Source: Eledone cirrhosa
Lineage: Eukaryota
Assembly (NCBI GenBank): GCA_964016885.1
Contig: OZ024744.1
Span: forward strand, 78,430,001-78,494,000
Direction of reading: 5' to 3'
DNA length: 64,000 nt
Shown: positions 63,656 through 64,000 of the stretch, piece after piece
How positions within the stretch are numbered: position 1 is the first letter of the stretch
How the letters are laid out: each line of letters opens with the position of its first letter
The notes under the pieces: generated by a model
What the model was told of the DNA's origin: nothing
What the model saw: only the letters and a program-made list of their open reading frames with translations
Database searches by the model: none
Made by a program: the position numbers and the translations under genes

Positions 63656-64000
63656 TTTGTTTGTTTGTCCTTTTATTATGTTCAGTTTAAATCTTACCAG
63701 TGTTTGCTTAATTTTTTAAAACATTTTTCTGGGTTTGACAAAATTTGTACCAGCAATATACTTTCATGTGATTAAATCAACTTACATATATCTAACAAAA
63801 ATTAGCTTTGACAAATTGAAATCACTTTTTCTCCTTCATCACCCTCATCCATCTCCTCCCACTTCTTCAAACCTCCTCACCGTCCTCCTCCAAATTTTCG
63901 ATTTTTCCTTTCAAAATTATTTGAAACACGTACATAGTGTCTTTCATGAGAAATATGGTAATGGATGGGTTAAATAAAAAGAAACTTTTTTTCAAAATTA

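Overview
AT-rich, microsatellite- and transposon-dense eukaryotic genomic DNA. The repeat families resemble those of a coleoid cephalopod such as Octopus (inference). The only host gene I can support is the 5' part of HIRA (histone H3.3 chaperone, + strand): 14 GT-AG coding exons from ATG 27905 to 60647 (1293 nt, 431 codons) covering the N-terminal WD40 propeller; the gene continues past the window. The rest is mostly decayed RTE LINEs carrying a PHD-like finger inside the RT ORF, RTE-tailed and tRNA-derived SINEs, a Gypsy remnant, a full-length dead mariner, a TTAA/piggyBac-type MITE family (7 copies), a short Helitron and Penelope-like element (PLE) remnants. Main unannotated signals: (1) six type I hammerhead-ribozyme-like motifs with palindromic stem III, two of which share an unusual expanded multi-hairpin stem II; (2) a 25 x 72-bp satellite that is an in-frame amplification of 24 codons near the C-terminus of a Penelope ORF; (3) the same head-to-head RTE chimera at two loci about 48 kb apart in inverted orientation; (4) inverted TE pairs flanking in-frame HIRA exon blocks. 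All calls were made by eye, without database searches; TE boundaries are approximate.
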